From an uncultured Pseudomonadota bacterium (GTDB lineage: Bacteria; Babelota; Babeliae; Babelales; JAUPTZ01), in assembly GCA_964429275.1 (NCBI GenBank), contig CAYSBJ010000001.1, positions 451,776 through 515,775 on the forward strand: a DNA stretch of 64,000 nt, read 5' to 3'. Position 1 is the first letter of the stretch; each line of letters opens with the position of its first letter. Below are positions 39,545-48,785 of the stretch, piece after piece. The position numbers and the translations under genes are program-made. Below the pieces are notes generated by a model, which worked only from the letters and a program-made list of their open reading frames with translations, searched no databases and was not told the origin of the DNA.

Positions 39545-39823
39545 ATGGCTAATATTAAATCTTCAAAAAAAGACATAGTAAAAAGTGAGCAAGCACGACA
39601 ACGCAATGTGGCATGTCGTAGCGCAGTTAAAACTGCTCGTCGTAAATTTCTTGATGCTGTTGCAGCAAAAGATTTCTCTGCTGCTCAAGCATTGCTCAGA
39701 GCTGCTGAGTCTTTAATTGCTCGCGCGGGCAAAAAGGGAGTTATCAAGAAGCAAACGGTAAGCCGCAAGGTAAGTCGCTTGACTCAAAGTTTGGCTCGTG
39801 CAGTAAAAGCTGACAGCAAGTAG
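39545..39823 (+). CDS. rpsT: 30S ribosomal protein S20
   Basis: MANIKSSKK...RN...SAVKT...KKGVIKK...RKVSRL. Confidence 0.95.
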   Translation: MANIKSSKKDIVKSEQARQRNVACRSAVKTARRKFLDAVAAKDFSAAQALLRAAESLIARAGKKGVIKKQTVSRKVSRLTQSLARAVKADSK

Positions 39824-39855
39824 ATTTTCACTCTACTATCTATACAAAAAGACAG

Positions 39856-39885
39856 AATGCCGGAGAAACTTCCGGCATTTTTCTT
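39856..39885 (+). terminator. Rho-independent terminator after rpsT
   Basis: AATGCCGGA / TCCGGCATT stem plus T-rich tail. Confidence 0.75.
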
Positions 39886-39987
39886 GTCTGTAGGAGACGT
39901 TGACGCGTGGCGGGCGCTTGTGTAAGTTCTCGCAGGTAGGGCCGTTAAGTCTGGCCGGGAGTCTGTTTTTTTAATAATGAGGGTTTT

Positions 39988-40704
39988 ATGAAGAAGATAT
40001 TCTTTGCGGTGGTTTTGGTGTCGTTTGGCGTGGTGGTTGAGGCTTCTGACGTGGTTCCGTGTGCCGCGTCTTCGTCTGGAGATGGGATTCGGGAAGTATT
40101 CCAAGAGGTGCTCTCTTGTGCCCAGAATATTTGGGTAAGAGTTTTTACTGATGACTTTTTTTCTTTGTCGAAAGATGAGCGTCAATCTATTTACGAGAGA
40201 GCCGCGGAATCTACGCAGAGCTTCCTGCAGAATCCCCCCTCTAAGCGCACCAGCAGCTGCTCTCGTGAGCGACTTAGTGCTGAGAAAAAAGCTCGAAAAC
40301 AAGTAAAAGCGCTTTTGTCGCCGTGCTTGTGGTACGCAGAAGGGATTGATGAAGAGGTCATTGTGTGTGCGGTCCGCATGTTTGTGACAGGGGTTTGTCC
40401 GGGAGCAGTAGATTTCTGGACACGAATTAGTGGAATTGATGAAGCAGTAGCTATGATCGGATGTGAGGAACGGAAGGTTCGTAGTGGTTTTTGGCGCGAT
40501 GTGTCTCCAGCGGCGGCGGCGCGGGCTCTCATAACGATCCGTAGAGGCCCTTATCTCCCAGACAATAGAATGGATGGCATTTCACAGCTTCTGGAGAAAG
40601 AAGCGGCGGCTCAGGGAGTGGAGCTTGATTGGTCTTCAGCGGCGCTTCTAGAGACTTTGGTGGAATCTTTACAAAAAAAGTATCCTTATAGGGTAGCGAA
40701 GTAG
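39988..40704 (+). CDS. Exported hypothetical protein
   Basis: MKKIFFAVVLVSFGVVVEA-SD signal peptide, GAGG SD. Confidence 0.7.
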   Translation: MKKIFFAVVLVSFGVVVEASDVVPCAASSSGDGIREVFQEVLSCAQNIWVRVFTDDFFSLSKDERQSIYERAAESTQSFLQNPPSKRTSSCSRERLSAEKKARKQVKALLSPCLWYAEGIDEEVIVCAVRMFVTGVCPGAVDFWTRISGIDEAVAMIGCEERKVRSGFWRDVSPAAAARALITIRRGPYLPDNRMDGISQLLEKEAAAQGVELDWSSAALLETLVESLQKKYPYRVAK

Positions 40705-40819
40705 GCTGATTTCTCAGGTCGAGCTTGATTTTTTTCCCTGATCCGCCATACTTTGTTTTGTTACAAGGGGTGGCGTGGGGCATCTGTCTGTGATGTGAGT
40801 TAAAAGCTTTCTAATAAAA

Positions 40820-41479
40820 ATGGAGGCAAGCATGCTACATAAACGGAAATTTGGTAAAAAAGGATACGTTGCGGTTCTTGCGCCGGCGTCATCATGCAAT
40901 AACGTTGAGTTGATGGGTCGCGCCGATGCGGCTGGACTGCAGTTTGGTATTACACACGATTATGCGTATACTTTTTTCAAGAGCACGCGTGATCCAAAGC
41001 GGTCGTATGGCTATCTTGAGCTTATTGAGCTTGCAGTAAGAATTGTAAATGATGAATATATAGCGGTGATTACCATTGGTCCAGAAGCGTTTAGCGCTTT
41101 TAACGAGGTGGCGACGCGGATGGAAATAAAACGAATGGTCATTGGGATTGACTGCCCTGATGCGCTGGAAAACAACCAGCCACAGCAGTTTGAAATGCTC
41201 AATATGCATCCGGAGTTTTATCCAAACCTTTCTAATTTAGTTCGTACTTGTCTCGAAAAAAATATCTCACAAGAAGATGGCATTGCCGAGATCCAGAAGT
41301 ACGAGCAGGCACGTGCAAAGCGGTCGTGGGGAATTTTTGATGATTGTTATGTCCTTTTAAAGAACAGGGCTGGCAAAAAGCAGCTTGTTCGGTTTGAGGA
41401 CAAAGAAGATGTGATTCTGCCACCGGCTCCGGAACATCCGTTTATGGGGCGTGGTCGTATTATACTCTTTAAGGCGTGA
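40820..41479 (+). CDS. Hypothetical protein
   Basis: 219-aa ORF; the start may be the second Met after GGAGG; followed by a terminator. Confidence 0.65.
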   Translation: MEASMLHKRKFGKKGYVAVLAPASSCNNVELMGRADAAGLQFGITHDYAYTFFKSTRDPKRSYGYLELIELAVRIVNDEYIAVITIGPEAFSAFNEVATRMEIKRMVIGIDCPDALENNQPQQFEMLNMHPEFYPNLSNLVRTCLEKNISQEDGIAEIQKYEQARAKRSWGIFDDCYVLLKNRAGKKQLVRFEDKEDVILPPAPEHPFMGRGRIILFKA

Positions 41480-41482
41480 AGG

Positions 41483-41536
41483 ATTAGGGACAAAAAAATG
41501 GGCAGAGTTTTCTCTGCCCATTTTTTTGTCCCTAAT
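41483..41536. terminator. Bidirectional terminator, perfect 25-bp inverted repeat
   Basis: ATTAGGGACAAAAAAATGGGCAGAG-TTTT-CTCTGCCCATTTTTTTGTCCCTAAT between convergent genes. Confidence 0.9.
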
Positions 41537-41540
41537 GTAT

Positions 41541-42083
41541 TTAGCTTATTTTGGCATCGCCGTCGGCGACTGCCACCGCGTATTCTGCAGATTCAGTTGG
41601 GGCCTCGGATGTGGATAGTCGTTTTACAACTATGTGAAGCATTCCTTTGCCTACTTTTGCAGTAACTGCGGTTGCTAGGTTGCTGAGATCACAATCGTCG
41701 GGTAGCTCGATTGATTGCGAGCTTACCTGTGAGCTTTGATAGAAGGATTCTTTGGTATTACCTTCTTGCTCTTCTTTTGATTGAGAAGATTCACAGTCTT
41801 TGATGGTAACCGTTAATCGATTTTGTTGCTTATTCACTGAAATCTCTACGTTTTCGTTTGTCCGTCCTGGTATTTCAAGCAGGTAGAGATAATGGTCTGG
41901 CTTGACGATCTGGCGCAAGCTAGATTGGCGAAGTAGCTGGTTGAATGCCCTGCGTCCGTTTCCTTGAATGCCGCGCTGTGCTAAGAGTGGTTCGGGAAAA
42001 TCGATGTCATAGAGAAACCATGCACCGAGGTTTGACGTAGCGGTTGCAGCTGCAATCAACGCTAGTACGATGTTCTTTTTCAT
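41541..42083 (-). CDS. Hsp20/alpha-crystallin family protein with signal peptide
   Basis: YLLEIPGRTNENVEISV...SIELPDDCD...AKVGKGMLHIVVKR; N-terminus MKKNIVLALIAAATATSNLGA; AAGGAGG SD. Confidence 0.8.
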   Translation of the reverse strand: MKKNIVLALIAAATATSNLGAWFLYDIDFPEPLLAQRGIQGNGRRAFNQLLRQSSLRQIVKPDHYLYLLEIPGRTNENVEISVNKQQNRLTVTIKDCESSQSKEEQEGNTKESFYQSSQVSSQSIELPDDCDLSNLATAVTAKVGKGMLHIVVKRLSTSEAPTESAEYAVAVADGDAKIS

Positions 42084-42180
42084 AAATAACGCCTCCTTAT
42101 TTGGAAATGATGTCTACGATATAAACATGCTTATGATAAAAGAATGAGCTGCTTTTTGTCAAGATGGTGCAATGAAAAGA

Positions 42181-42729
42181 CTACTGCGTAAGCCTTATTG
42201 TGCGACGAGGTTCTCTGCTGTTGGCGCCTTTGCGTTTTACTGAAATAGTGAGGCGGCCATGCTTTAGGTGAGCCTTTATTTTATCGAGATCAGCGTCGCC
42301 AGGAACGGTAAAGGACTGTTGCATGCTATGCGTTTCATGGAAAAAGCTCGTACTTACTGAATTATCGCTATTGTCCTGAGAATGAGCTTCGTTGTTACTT
42401 TTGAGTGAAATTTCAATGTCCGGGACCTCTTTGTTGGTGCTTATCTCAATGGATTCGCTGTCATAGCCTGGAACATTGATGGTGTAAATATATTCATCTT
42501 TAGTAGTTTTGGTATGCATGCCAATTAATGTGTCGGCAGGGTGCCAATGTGATGTTCGCTTGCTAGATGGGTGTTGATAGAAAGCTTCTTCTGCGATCGG
42601 TCTATGCCAGAAAAAATGGTTCCAGCCATCACGGCCGTGTCTTCTTCCGCCAAACCAGCTGCGGGCGCTTGCTAATTGAGGGAGTATGCTGCCCACAACA
42701 AAAAGTGCAAAAAAAAGCTTCTTATTCAT
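42181..42729 (-). CDS. Hsp20/alpha-crystallin family protein with signal peptide
   Basis: YTINVPGYDSESIEIS...QSFTVPGDADLDKIKAHLKHGRLTISVKR...RTIRL; start MNKKLFFALF at 42729 after AAGGAG. Confidence 0.88.
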   Translation of the reverse strand: MNKKLFFALFVVGSILPQLASARSWFGGRRHGRDGWNHFFWHRPIAEEAFYQHPSSKRTSHWHPADTLIGMHTKTTKDEYIYTINVPGYDSESIEISTNKEVPDIEISLKSNNEAHSQDNSDNSVSTSFFHETHSMQQSFTVPGDADLDKIKAHLKHGRLTISVKRKGANSREPRRTIRLTQ

Positions 42730-42769
42730 AGAGTTCTCCTTTGTAGTATGACTATGAGTACGCATACTT

Positions 42770-42799
42770 ATGCTAAGGGAGCGTCGCAGGTCTTGTCAA
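42770..42799 (-). promoter_or_regulatory. Putative promoter of the upstream hsp20 gene
   Basis: TTGACA-N18-TAGCAT; the second hsp20 has TTGACA-N18-TATCAT at 42133..42162. Confidence 0.5.
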
Positions 42800-42892
42800 T
42801 GTGGCTTGAAAAACGACGTTGTACTCTCGATTCTTTGCTGTTATAGTGAATTCGGTAGTGAGTATATTAGTGTATTAAGTAGTGGGGTTTAT

Positions 42893-43993
42893 ATGAAAAA
42901 AGTGCTCATACTCGCGGGAATGTTATTAGCAGGCATTGTGGTTGCAAGTGAGCAGCCGGGTGGGCCTGTGAATAAGGCTGTCCAGTCGTCTGGTAAAAAA
43001 GCGCATAAAAATCTCTGGTTAACCGAAAAAAAAGTCGATAGCGTTGTCACCATTTCCCTTTCTTCTTACACTGGACTTGTCAGGCATTTCCTGGCTACTG
43101 GTCTTTACGACGCCAGCGTCTTTGCCAAAGGATTTACGCTTATTGTGGGCTCGCCGTCGTGTAATCGGTGCGTGCCACATGGTTTTTTCTCCGCGATTGA
43201 TATTGAAGGTTATTTCAATCAAAGCCCGATTTGGATAGGGGTTCGTGGTTTGGGTGGTGGCTTTGGGATGCATAAGCATTTTGAGGCTCAAGCGCCGTTG
43301 TCAAGCGATAACGACGCGGCTAGGTCTCGAGCACTTCTTATAATTAATCAACCAGTAACTGCGATTATCCTTTCTCCCTCTTATGCGCTTGGTGCTACCT
43401 TGGGGAGTGCGATTGGCGGTGCTGATATGAGCGTGAGTATTGAGCCAGTTGGGCTTGCATTGAACGGCTCGCGCGAAATTCCAACATCACATGTAAAATT
43501 ATCGACTGACTTCTATGGTTATACGGCCCCGCTACGCTATAAATCGCTTGCCGCGCGTTTGTTTTTTGGCGGGCAGGCATCACACACCTTTTCCGGGGAA
43601 AATCTTGAATATCAATTGACGGTGGCGCCAGGGTCGACTTTAGTGGGAATGCTCGGGTTCCAGGGGGCGCTTTCGTTTATTCGCTTTGGTTCTGCTTATC
43701 AATGTTTATGGCAGTCTGGCTCGAGCGAAATGCCAATAGATGTGATGACGTATTCTTTCCCGGTGCGATCTGTTGTGGGTACTAACCGCCATCGCGATGC
43801 GTTTTATAGTACGCAGCAGTCTGCGGCCGGCCCATTCTCGCCGGCAATGTCATCGGTGCAGCATGCGGTCACAAGCTATTTAGCGGCAACAGTTGGCCAG
43901 TTTACTGTTGGGTTGAGTAGTCAAAATGAGTTTCGAGATGGGCAGGTTACACCGTTTGGTTCACTTCGTGTGACGGCGAGCGTTGCATTTTAA
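42893..43993 (+). CDS. Putative outer-membrane beta-barrel protein
   Basis: Start MKKVLILAG at 42893, signal peptide, amphipathic beta pattern, ends GSLRVTASVAF with terminal Phe. Confidence 0.55.
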   Translation: MKKVLILAGMLLAGIVVASEQPGGPVNKAVQSSGKKAHKNLWLTEKKVDSVVTISLSSYTGLVRHFLATGLYDASVFAKGFTLIVGSPSCNRCVPHGFFSAIDIEGYFNQSPIWIGVRGLGGGFGMHKHFEAQAPLSSDNDAARSRALLIINQPVTAIILSPSYALGATLGSAIGGADMSVSIEPVGLALNGSREIPTSHVKLSTDFYGYTAPLRYKSLAARLFFGGQASHTFSGENLEYQLTVAPGSTLVGMLGFQGALSFIRFGSAYQCLWQSGSSEMPIDVMTYSFPVRSVVGTNRHRDAFYSTQQSAAGPFSPAMSSVQHAVTSYLAATVGQFTVGLSSQNEFRDGQVTPFGSLRVTASVAF

Positions 43994-44012
43994 CGATTTA
44001 AAGAGAGCGTAA

Positions 44013-44813
44013 ATGAGAATAATAAAGAAGGTTTTGGTAATTGGGTGCTTTGTTATGGCCCTTGTTGCCGGTTTGTATGTTGCTGCTTGCGTTGTGGGCG
44101 GTAGCTCTTTCGCAGAAACAGTGACTTTTTTGGGCCGATTCATTGATGATCCCAATCTAGTGGGAGCGGTTGCTCCCAGCTCGCGATTGCTGGCCGAAGC
44201 GTTGGTTGCCAAAGTGGTTCCGGGGGTGAACGGTGTTGGCAAACGATTCTTGGAAGTTGGACCGGGAAGTGGTGCGGTAACGCAGTGGCTTGTAGCAAAA
44301 CTTGGCCCAAACGACTCTTTAGACTTAGTTGAACTGGATCCTCATCTTGCGCATATTTTGCGGGAAAAATACAAAAACCACCCGCAGGTGACTGTGCATC
44401 AGCTTTCGATTACTGATTGGTCGCCTGGAGAGGCGTATGATGCTGTGGTTATGGGAATTCCATTTAACGCCTTAGCTTCTTCGCTTGTAGAGCAAATTTG
44501 GTCGCATGTGCTGCTTTTGACCAAGAGTGAGGGAATTATTTCTTACTTTTCTTACTTATGGCTGCCGCGTATCAAAAAACTCTTCCTTTCAAAGCACAAG
44601 CGGCGTGACTTCAAGAAAATACAGAACCATCTGGCAGAACAATATCGATTGTATGGCGTTGGTACTCAACGAGTACTGCCGAATGTTCCTCCGGCAATAG
44701 TTTTCTATCTTCAGCCTTTGCAGCAAATTAGAGCAAGTGCCCCTAATTCATTTGTAGAATGCGGAAGGTCTGAGGACATGTCATTGCGGCAGCGAGCGGA
44801 GTATGGTCGATGA
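44013..44813 (+). CDS. Class I SAM-dependent methyltransferase, phospholipid N-methyltransferase (PmtA)-like
   Basis: F-x3-P-x2-VGAVAPSSRLLA, LEVGPGSGAVT, LVELD, GIPF; N-terminal hydrophobic anchor. Confidence 0.8.
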   Translation: MRIIKKVLVIGCFVMALVAGLYVAACVVGGSSFAETVTFLGRFIDDPNLVGAVAPSSRLLAEALVAKVVPGVNGVGKRFLEVGPGSGAVTQWLVAKLGPNDSLDLVELDPHLAHILREKYKNHPQVTVHQLSITDWSPGEAYDAVVMGIPFNALASSLVEQIWSHVLLLTKSEGIISYFSYLWLPRIKKLFLSKHKRRDFKKIQNHLAEQYRLYGVGTQRVLPNVPPAIVFYLQPLQQIRASAPNSFVECGRSEDMSLRQRAEYGR

Positions 44814-44820
44814 TAATCCA

Positions 44821-44854
44821 GAAGACTAATGATTGAAAAGCATCATTAGTCTTC
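44821..44854. terminator. Inverted repeat between convergent genes
   Basis: GAAGACTAATGAT / ATCATTAGTCTTC 13-bp arms. Confidence 0.65.
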
Positions 44855-44862
44855 GCGGTAAG

Positions 44863-45342
44863 CTAAGAGTCAGAAGCTTCAGAGCCCAATTGCTTTTTTA
44901 GTCCGTGAAGCTTGACTGAGAGCGTTTCAAGATCTTTTTGTAAGCGTTCATTATCTTTGCATGAGCTGCATTGTTTGCGTTGAATGGGGTTTTTTCTTTT
45001 GAGTGCTTTTCGGCGAGCAGGGATGATGTCTCGGTGTGCTGCTATTTCTTGTGCTGGGTTATGACGAAGTTCAAGAAGACCTGGGGTCGGCTGCTTACGT
45101 TGTTGTAATTGAAGGCGAGCGCCGGCAAGAGTATAGCCCTCGTTATACAGTAAATCTTTGATGTAGGTAAATGTGATAAGGTCGTCATTTGTGTAAAAGC
45201 GTTGCCCGCCTTCTGAGCGGAATGCAGCGAGATTGAATTCTTTTTCCCAGAACCGGACGACATAGCGTTCTACGCCAAGAGCGGCAGCAAGTTCTCCGAT
45301 GCGAAATTGACGTTTACCCATTGGGCGGTATTTCTGAGTCAT
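44863..45342 (-). CDS. MerR-family transcriptional regulator
   Basis: FRIGELAAALGV-x3-VRFWEKEF...RSEGGQRFY...IKDLLYNEGYTLAGA; C-terminal CxxC plus coiled coil. Confidence 0.9.
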   Translation of the reverse strand: MTQKYRPMGKRQFRIGELAAALGVERYVVRFWEKEFNLAAFRSEGGQRFYTNDDLITFTYIKDLLYNEGYTLAGARLQLQQRKQPTPGLLELRHNPAQEIAAHRDIIPARRKALKRKNPIQRKQCSSCKDNERLQKDLETLSVKLHGLKKQLGSEASDS

Positions 45343-45534
45343 AGCTAGAAACTCCTCTTGTTATCACCATCATGTTGTGACCAATCTTTTAACATATCGA
45401 AGAAAAAAAGCAAAATAATTCGCGTGGGGCTGTTGATTAGGGCGATCTGTTCTAGCACCATGATGGCCTTTGTGGTAAAATGCGCCTCACTTTTCTCTAC
45501 AAGTGTTTTACATCTAATTATAAAAAGGTAGTTC

Positions 45535-47103
45535 ATGTTTGATAAAAAAACGTTGGTGGCAGCATTTCTGTCATTTGTCACTATATTTGGCGTACAAATT
45601 TTGTTTCGAGACTGGTTTAATGGTTCTACTGGTATGGTAGAACAAGTTCGTGAAGCGGGTTCAGCATACACTATACCGTCGGCGCACGATCTTGCGTTGC
45701 CGGCAATCAAGACAGTTTCTTTCGCACAGGCAGTTGCCTCGGAGAAAGCCGAATTGATTGAGGTTATTACACCACACTATCATGCTACCTTTAATACAAT
45801 GGGTGGTACGCTTGAAACACTTTCCTACCCTGGCTACAACGACAAAGCAGGTAAACCGTTGCAAGCAATTCATCCCGCCATTGTGCCTGACCAAGCTTCA
45901 TTTGTGGTGGCTTTGGGTGATGAGACGCCTCTTTATTACCGTTACGAAGACCAAAAAACGCTAGAAAATGGTGATCAGACTATCTCTTTCTCTGCGCGAA
46001 CAGCTGATTGGTTAGTACGCAAAACCTTTGTTTTTCATAATGATAAGTATCTCGTCGACTTGCTTCTTGAGTTTGTGGCAAAGTCTTCTCATCCAGAACC
46101 TATTCGCCCTCGAGTTTTCATTGGCGCCCCTCATTTGCCAGCATTAAGTAGAGATGCAGTGAGCGGTGTTGTGCTTGATGTTGCAAAAAACACTGTGAAC
46201 CAGGTAGTCGATTCACAACGTGCCGGCGATGCATGGGTAACGCCGCAGATTATTGGTGTTGAGAATAGCTATTTTGCACATGCTTTGGTTGCCGACAAGA
46301 ATGGCTTTGCACAACGTGGCTACTTCACTGGAGCAGAGTCTTCCTGGGTCAGTGCCATTGTAGAGGGACCGGTTGTTAATGGTACGACTGCGTACACGCT
46401 ATCCTTCTTTGTTGGTCCGAAGTCCTTGGGTGCTCTGAATGCTGTTGATGGCCGATTGTCTGATTTGTTGGCTTTCGGGTGGCTTTCTTGGATTGCTAAG
46501 CTTCTTATGATGTTGTTGATGTGGTTGTATGCATTTTGCCAAAACTACGGCCTTGCCATTATTGCTTTGACGGTCCTGGTAAAGCTGTTTTTGCTTCCGT
46601 TGTCATGGAAAAGCGCTGCGTATACTGAAATGCAACAAAAATTGCAGCCACGCATGGCCGGGTTGCGTAAGAAATATGCGCATGACACCGCGGCTTTTAA
46701 CACTGAAGTGATGCGTCTGTACCAAGAGCATAATATTTCGCCAGCCTCATTTATGTTTGGCTGTTTGCTTATGATTCCACAAATGCTTATTTTCTTTGCG
46801 ATGTACCGTGTGCTTGGTAATGTGGTTGATATGTATCAGGCCCCATTTTTTGGTTGGATTACTGATCTTTCAAGCGCAGATCCATATTACATTCTGCCTG
46901 CGTTGGCGGTTGGGGCTATTTTCTTTCAACCAATGGTAATGCCAGGGCAGTCGGATGACAGTCGCGCAACTATTATGCGTTACTTGTTGCCGGCAGTGCT
47001 TGCAACAGTATTTGTTCGTATGTCAGCTGGCTTATTGATTTTTATTGTGACTAACTTTTTGGTAACTATTTTTGAGCAAAAGCTCCGTAAGTTGTTTGCG
47101 TAA
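45535..47103 (+). CDS. yidC: Membrane protein insertase YidC
   Basis: N-terminal TM, large periplasmic domain, FVGPK, NYGLAIIALTVLVK, LQPRM, APFFGWITDLSSADPYYILP. Confidence 0.95.
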   Translation: MFDKKTLVAAFLSFVTIFGVQILFRDWFNGSTGMVEQVREAGSAYTIPSAHDLALPAIKTVSFAQAVASEKAELIEVITPHYHATFNTMGGTLETLSYPGYNDKAGKPLQAIHPAIVPDQASFVVALGDETPLYYRYEDQKTLENGDQTISFSARTADWLVRKTFVFHNDKYLVDLLLEFVAKSSHPEPIRPRVFIGAPHLPALSRDAVSGVVLDVAKNTVNQVVDSQRAGDAWVTPQIIGVENSYFAHALVADKNGFAQRGYFTGAESSWVSAIVEGPVVNGTTAYTLSFFVGPKSLGALNAVDGRLSDLLAFGWLSWIAKLLMMLLMWLYAFCQNYGLAIIALTVLVKLFLLPLSWKSAAYTEMQQKLQPRMAGLRKKYAHDTAAFNTEVMRLYQEHNISPASFMFGCLLMIPQMLIFFAMYRVLGNVVDMYQAPFFGWITDLSSADPYYILPALAVGAIFFQPMVMPGQSDDSRATIMRYLLPAVLATVFVRMSAGLLIFIVTNFLVTIFEQKLRKLFA

Positions 47104-47114
47104 GGAGAGAGCTA

Positions 47115-47714
47115 GTGCGTGATCTGCCGTCATTACAAGCACTTATTCAACAGTTGCGCCATATTCCGTATGTTGCCTCAAAGCAAGTGTACCGCGTGGC
47201 CTTATATCTATTGACCGCACCTGAAGAGCGAACTGCAAAACTGGTTGACGCCATTGCTCAGGCACGCCAGGCTGTTGCGCCATGCGAATTATGTGGTAAT
47301 TGGGCGGAGCGATCCGTACGTTGCACGGTGTGCAGTGATCCAAAACGTGACGAATCCGTATTGTGTGTGGTTGAACAATGGCCGGATTTATATGCTATTG
47401 AGAGGCTAGGTGAATACCGTGGCCGCTATCACGTTCTTGGTGGGGTCCTCAGTCCGCTGGAAGGGGTGGGGCCAGACCAATTGCGTATTGCTGGGCTGGT
47501 AAGTCGACTTGCTATTGAGCCGGTGCGGGAAGTAATTTTTGCTATTAACCCAACGCCAGAGGGTGAAGCGACTATGGGCTATATTCGTACGAAGATGCCG
47601 AGTAGCGGTATTATTTTCTCTCGACTTGCTAGTGGCATGCCAACAGGATCGCATTTGGCTTATCTTGATCGAACGACTATCCACCGGGCTTTGGCCGGGC
47701 GCCAGTTGTTATAA
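47115..47714 (+). CDS. recR: Recombination mediator RecR
   Basis: CELC...CTVC zinc finger, LCVVE, YHVLGGVLSPLEGVGP, NPTPEGEAT, RLASGMP. Confidence 0.95.
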   Translation: MRDLPSLQALIQQLRHIPYVASKQVYRVALYLLTAPEERTAKLVDAIAQARQAVAPCELCGNWAERSVRCTVCSDPKRDESVLCVVEQWPDLYAIERLGEYRGRYHVLGGVLSPLEGVGPDQLRIAGLVSRLAIEPVREVIFAINPTPEGEATMGYIRTKMPSSGIIFSRLASGMPTGSHLAYLDRTTIHRALAGRQLL

Positions 47715-47758
47715 ATTATGAAGCGCCGTTTCTATTTAGAAACGGCGCTTCATAATTT
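47713..47758. terminator. Bidirectional terminator, perfect 22-bp inverted repeat
   Basis: AAATTATGAAGCGCCGTTTCTA-TT-TAGAAACGGCGCTTCATAATTT between convergent genes. Confidence 0.85.
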
Positions 47759-47780
47759 TAGCCATACTTACGCGCCGTGC

Positions 47781-48485
47781 TTAGTTAGCTACGTAAGATT
47801 CAGTTTTAGGCGTTACGGTTGAGATGCTATAGGCCTCTAGTAATTGTTGTATATCCTGTTTTGCATAGCGGAGATTCCAGCGAGTTTGATCATACTGTCC
47901 GCCAAGCGCATTTTGTGCTATTCCTGCTAGAGATGGGATAAGGCCCATCACGACTGCATTCCCAGAGGGAACTAATTTTATCTTATCCAGACTTGGGGCT
48001 TGTGGATTTTTATAAGTTACAAGATCCTCTAGTCTAAGTTCTGTCAAAGTGCTTCCGTTATAGGCAAAGCATTTTGAAGTGTCATCCTTCTTTATGAAGA
48101 GAAGTTTTTTCTTGCCTGCGCTGTCATTAGCAACAATGACATGGGCTAAAAAATCTGTACCATTATCACCGGCACGGTACTCCCATTTACCGCTTTCACC
48201 GGGGAACTTAAAAAAATTTTTAGAAATTTGATTTAGCGTGACTGTGGGAAGTGCGATGTACTGCTTTATACAGGAGGTGTAGAACGCAAATGCATTTTCA
48301 GTTGCAGGTGTAGGGGCAGGTGTAGTTGCAGGTGTAGGGGCCGATCTTTGAGCAAGGTATGTTGTACTTGTCGAGATTCCCGCAGGGACAAGATCACTTC
48401 CATCACGTCTGTGTTGAGCGTTTACTATTGAGGTAAGGCTCGTCCCTAGGGTTAGTAATGTTGTAAATAAGATGTTTTTTTTCAT
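47781..48485 (-). CDS. Exported hypothetical protein
   Basis: MKKNILFTTLLTLG...VNA signal peptide, AAGGAG SD, APTPAT repeated twice (18-bp direct repeat, 24-bp period, 48300..48341). Confidence 0.75.
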   Translation of the reverse strand: MKKNILFTTLLTLGTSLTSIVNAQHRRDGSDLVPAGISTSTTYLAQRSAPTPATTPAPTPATENAFAFYTSCIKQYIALPTVTLNQISKNFFKFPGESGKWEYRAGDNGTDFLAHVIVANDSAGKKKLLFIKKDDTSKCFAYNGSTLTELRLEDLVTYKNPQAPSLDKIKLVPSGNAVVMGLIPSLAGIAQNALGGQYDQTRWNLRYAKQDIQQLLEAYSISTVTPKTESYVAN

Positions 48486-48785
48486 GAGTCATCTCCTTTG
48501 TAAGGGGGCTTATTCGCCCGCTCTTTTAGAATAATATATTTGCAGGTTTAGTGTGAATAGATGCCATTAAGCCATGTAAATTGTGCGATTTCTCCATCGT
48601 TTTGATTGTCCTGGCCGTGTAACGTATCGTGAAATGGTTTTCGAGAGGGGTTGTTTGGGGATAGAACTTTTGTCTTGCTTTTGTCTGGATGAAGTATGCC
48701 GTATCTTCCCTGATTTGTTTATTCCTCACGAGCGTGGTATTCTACGAAGCGTTTGTTGAAAGCCACTTTTTTAAAAAAGGGAATC

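Noticed and set aside
39784..40302. 172-aa minus-strand ORF
   Set aside because: Overlaps rpsT, its terminator and the better-supported plus-strand gene 39988..40704
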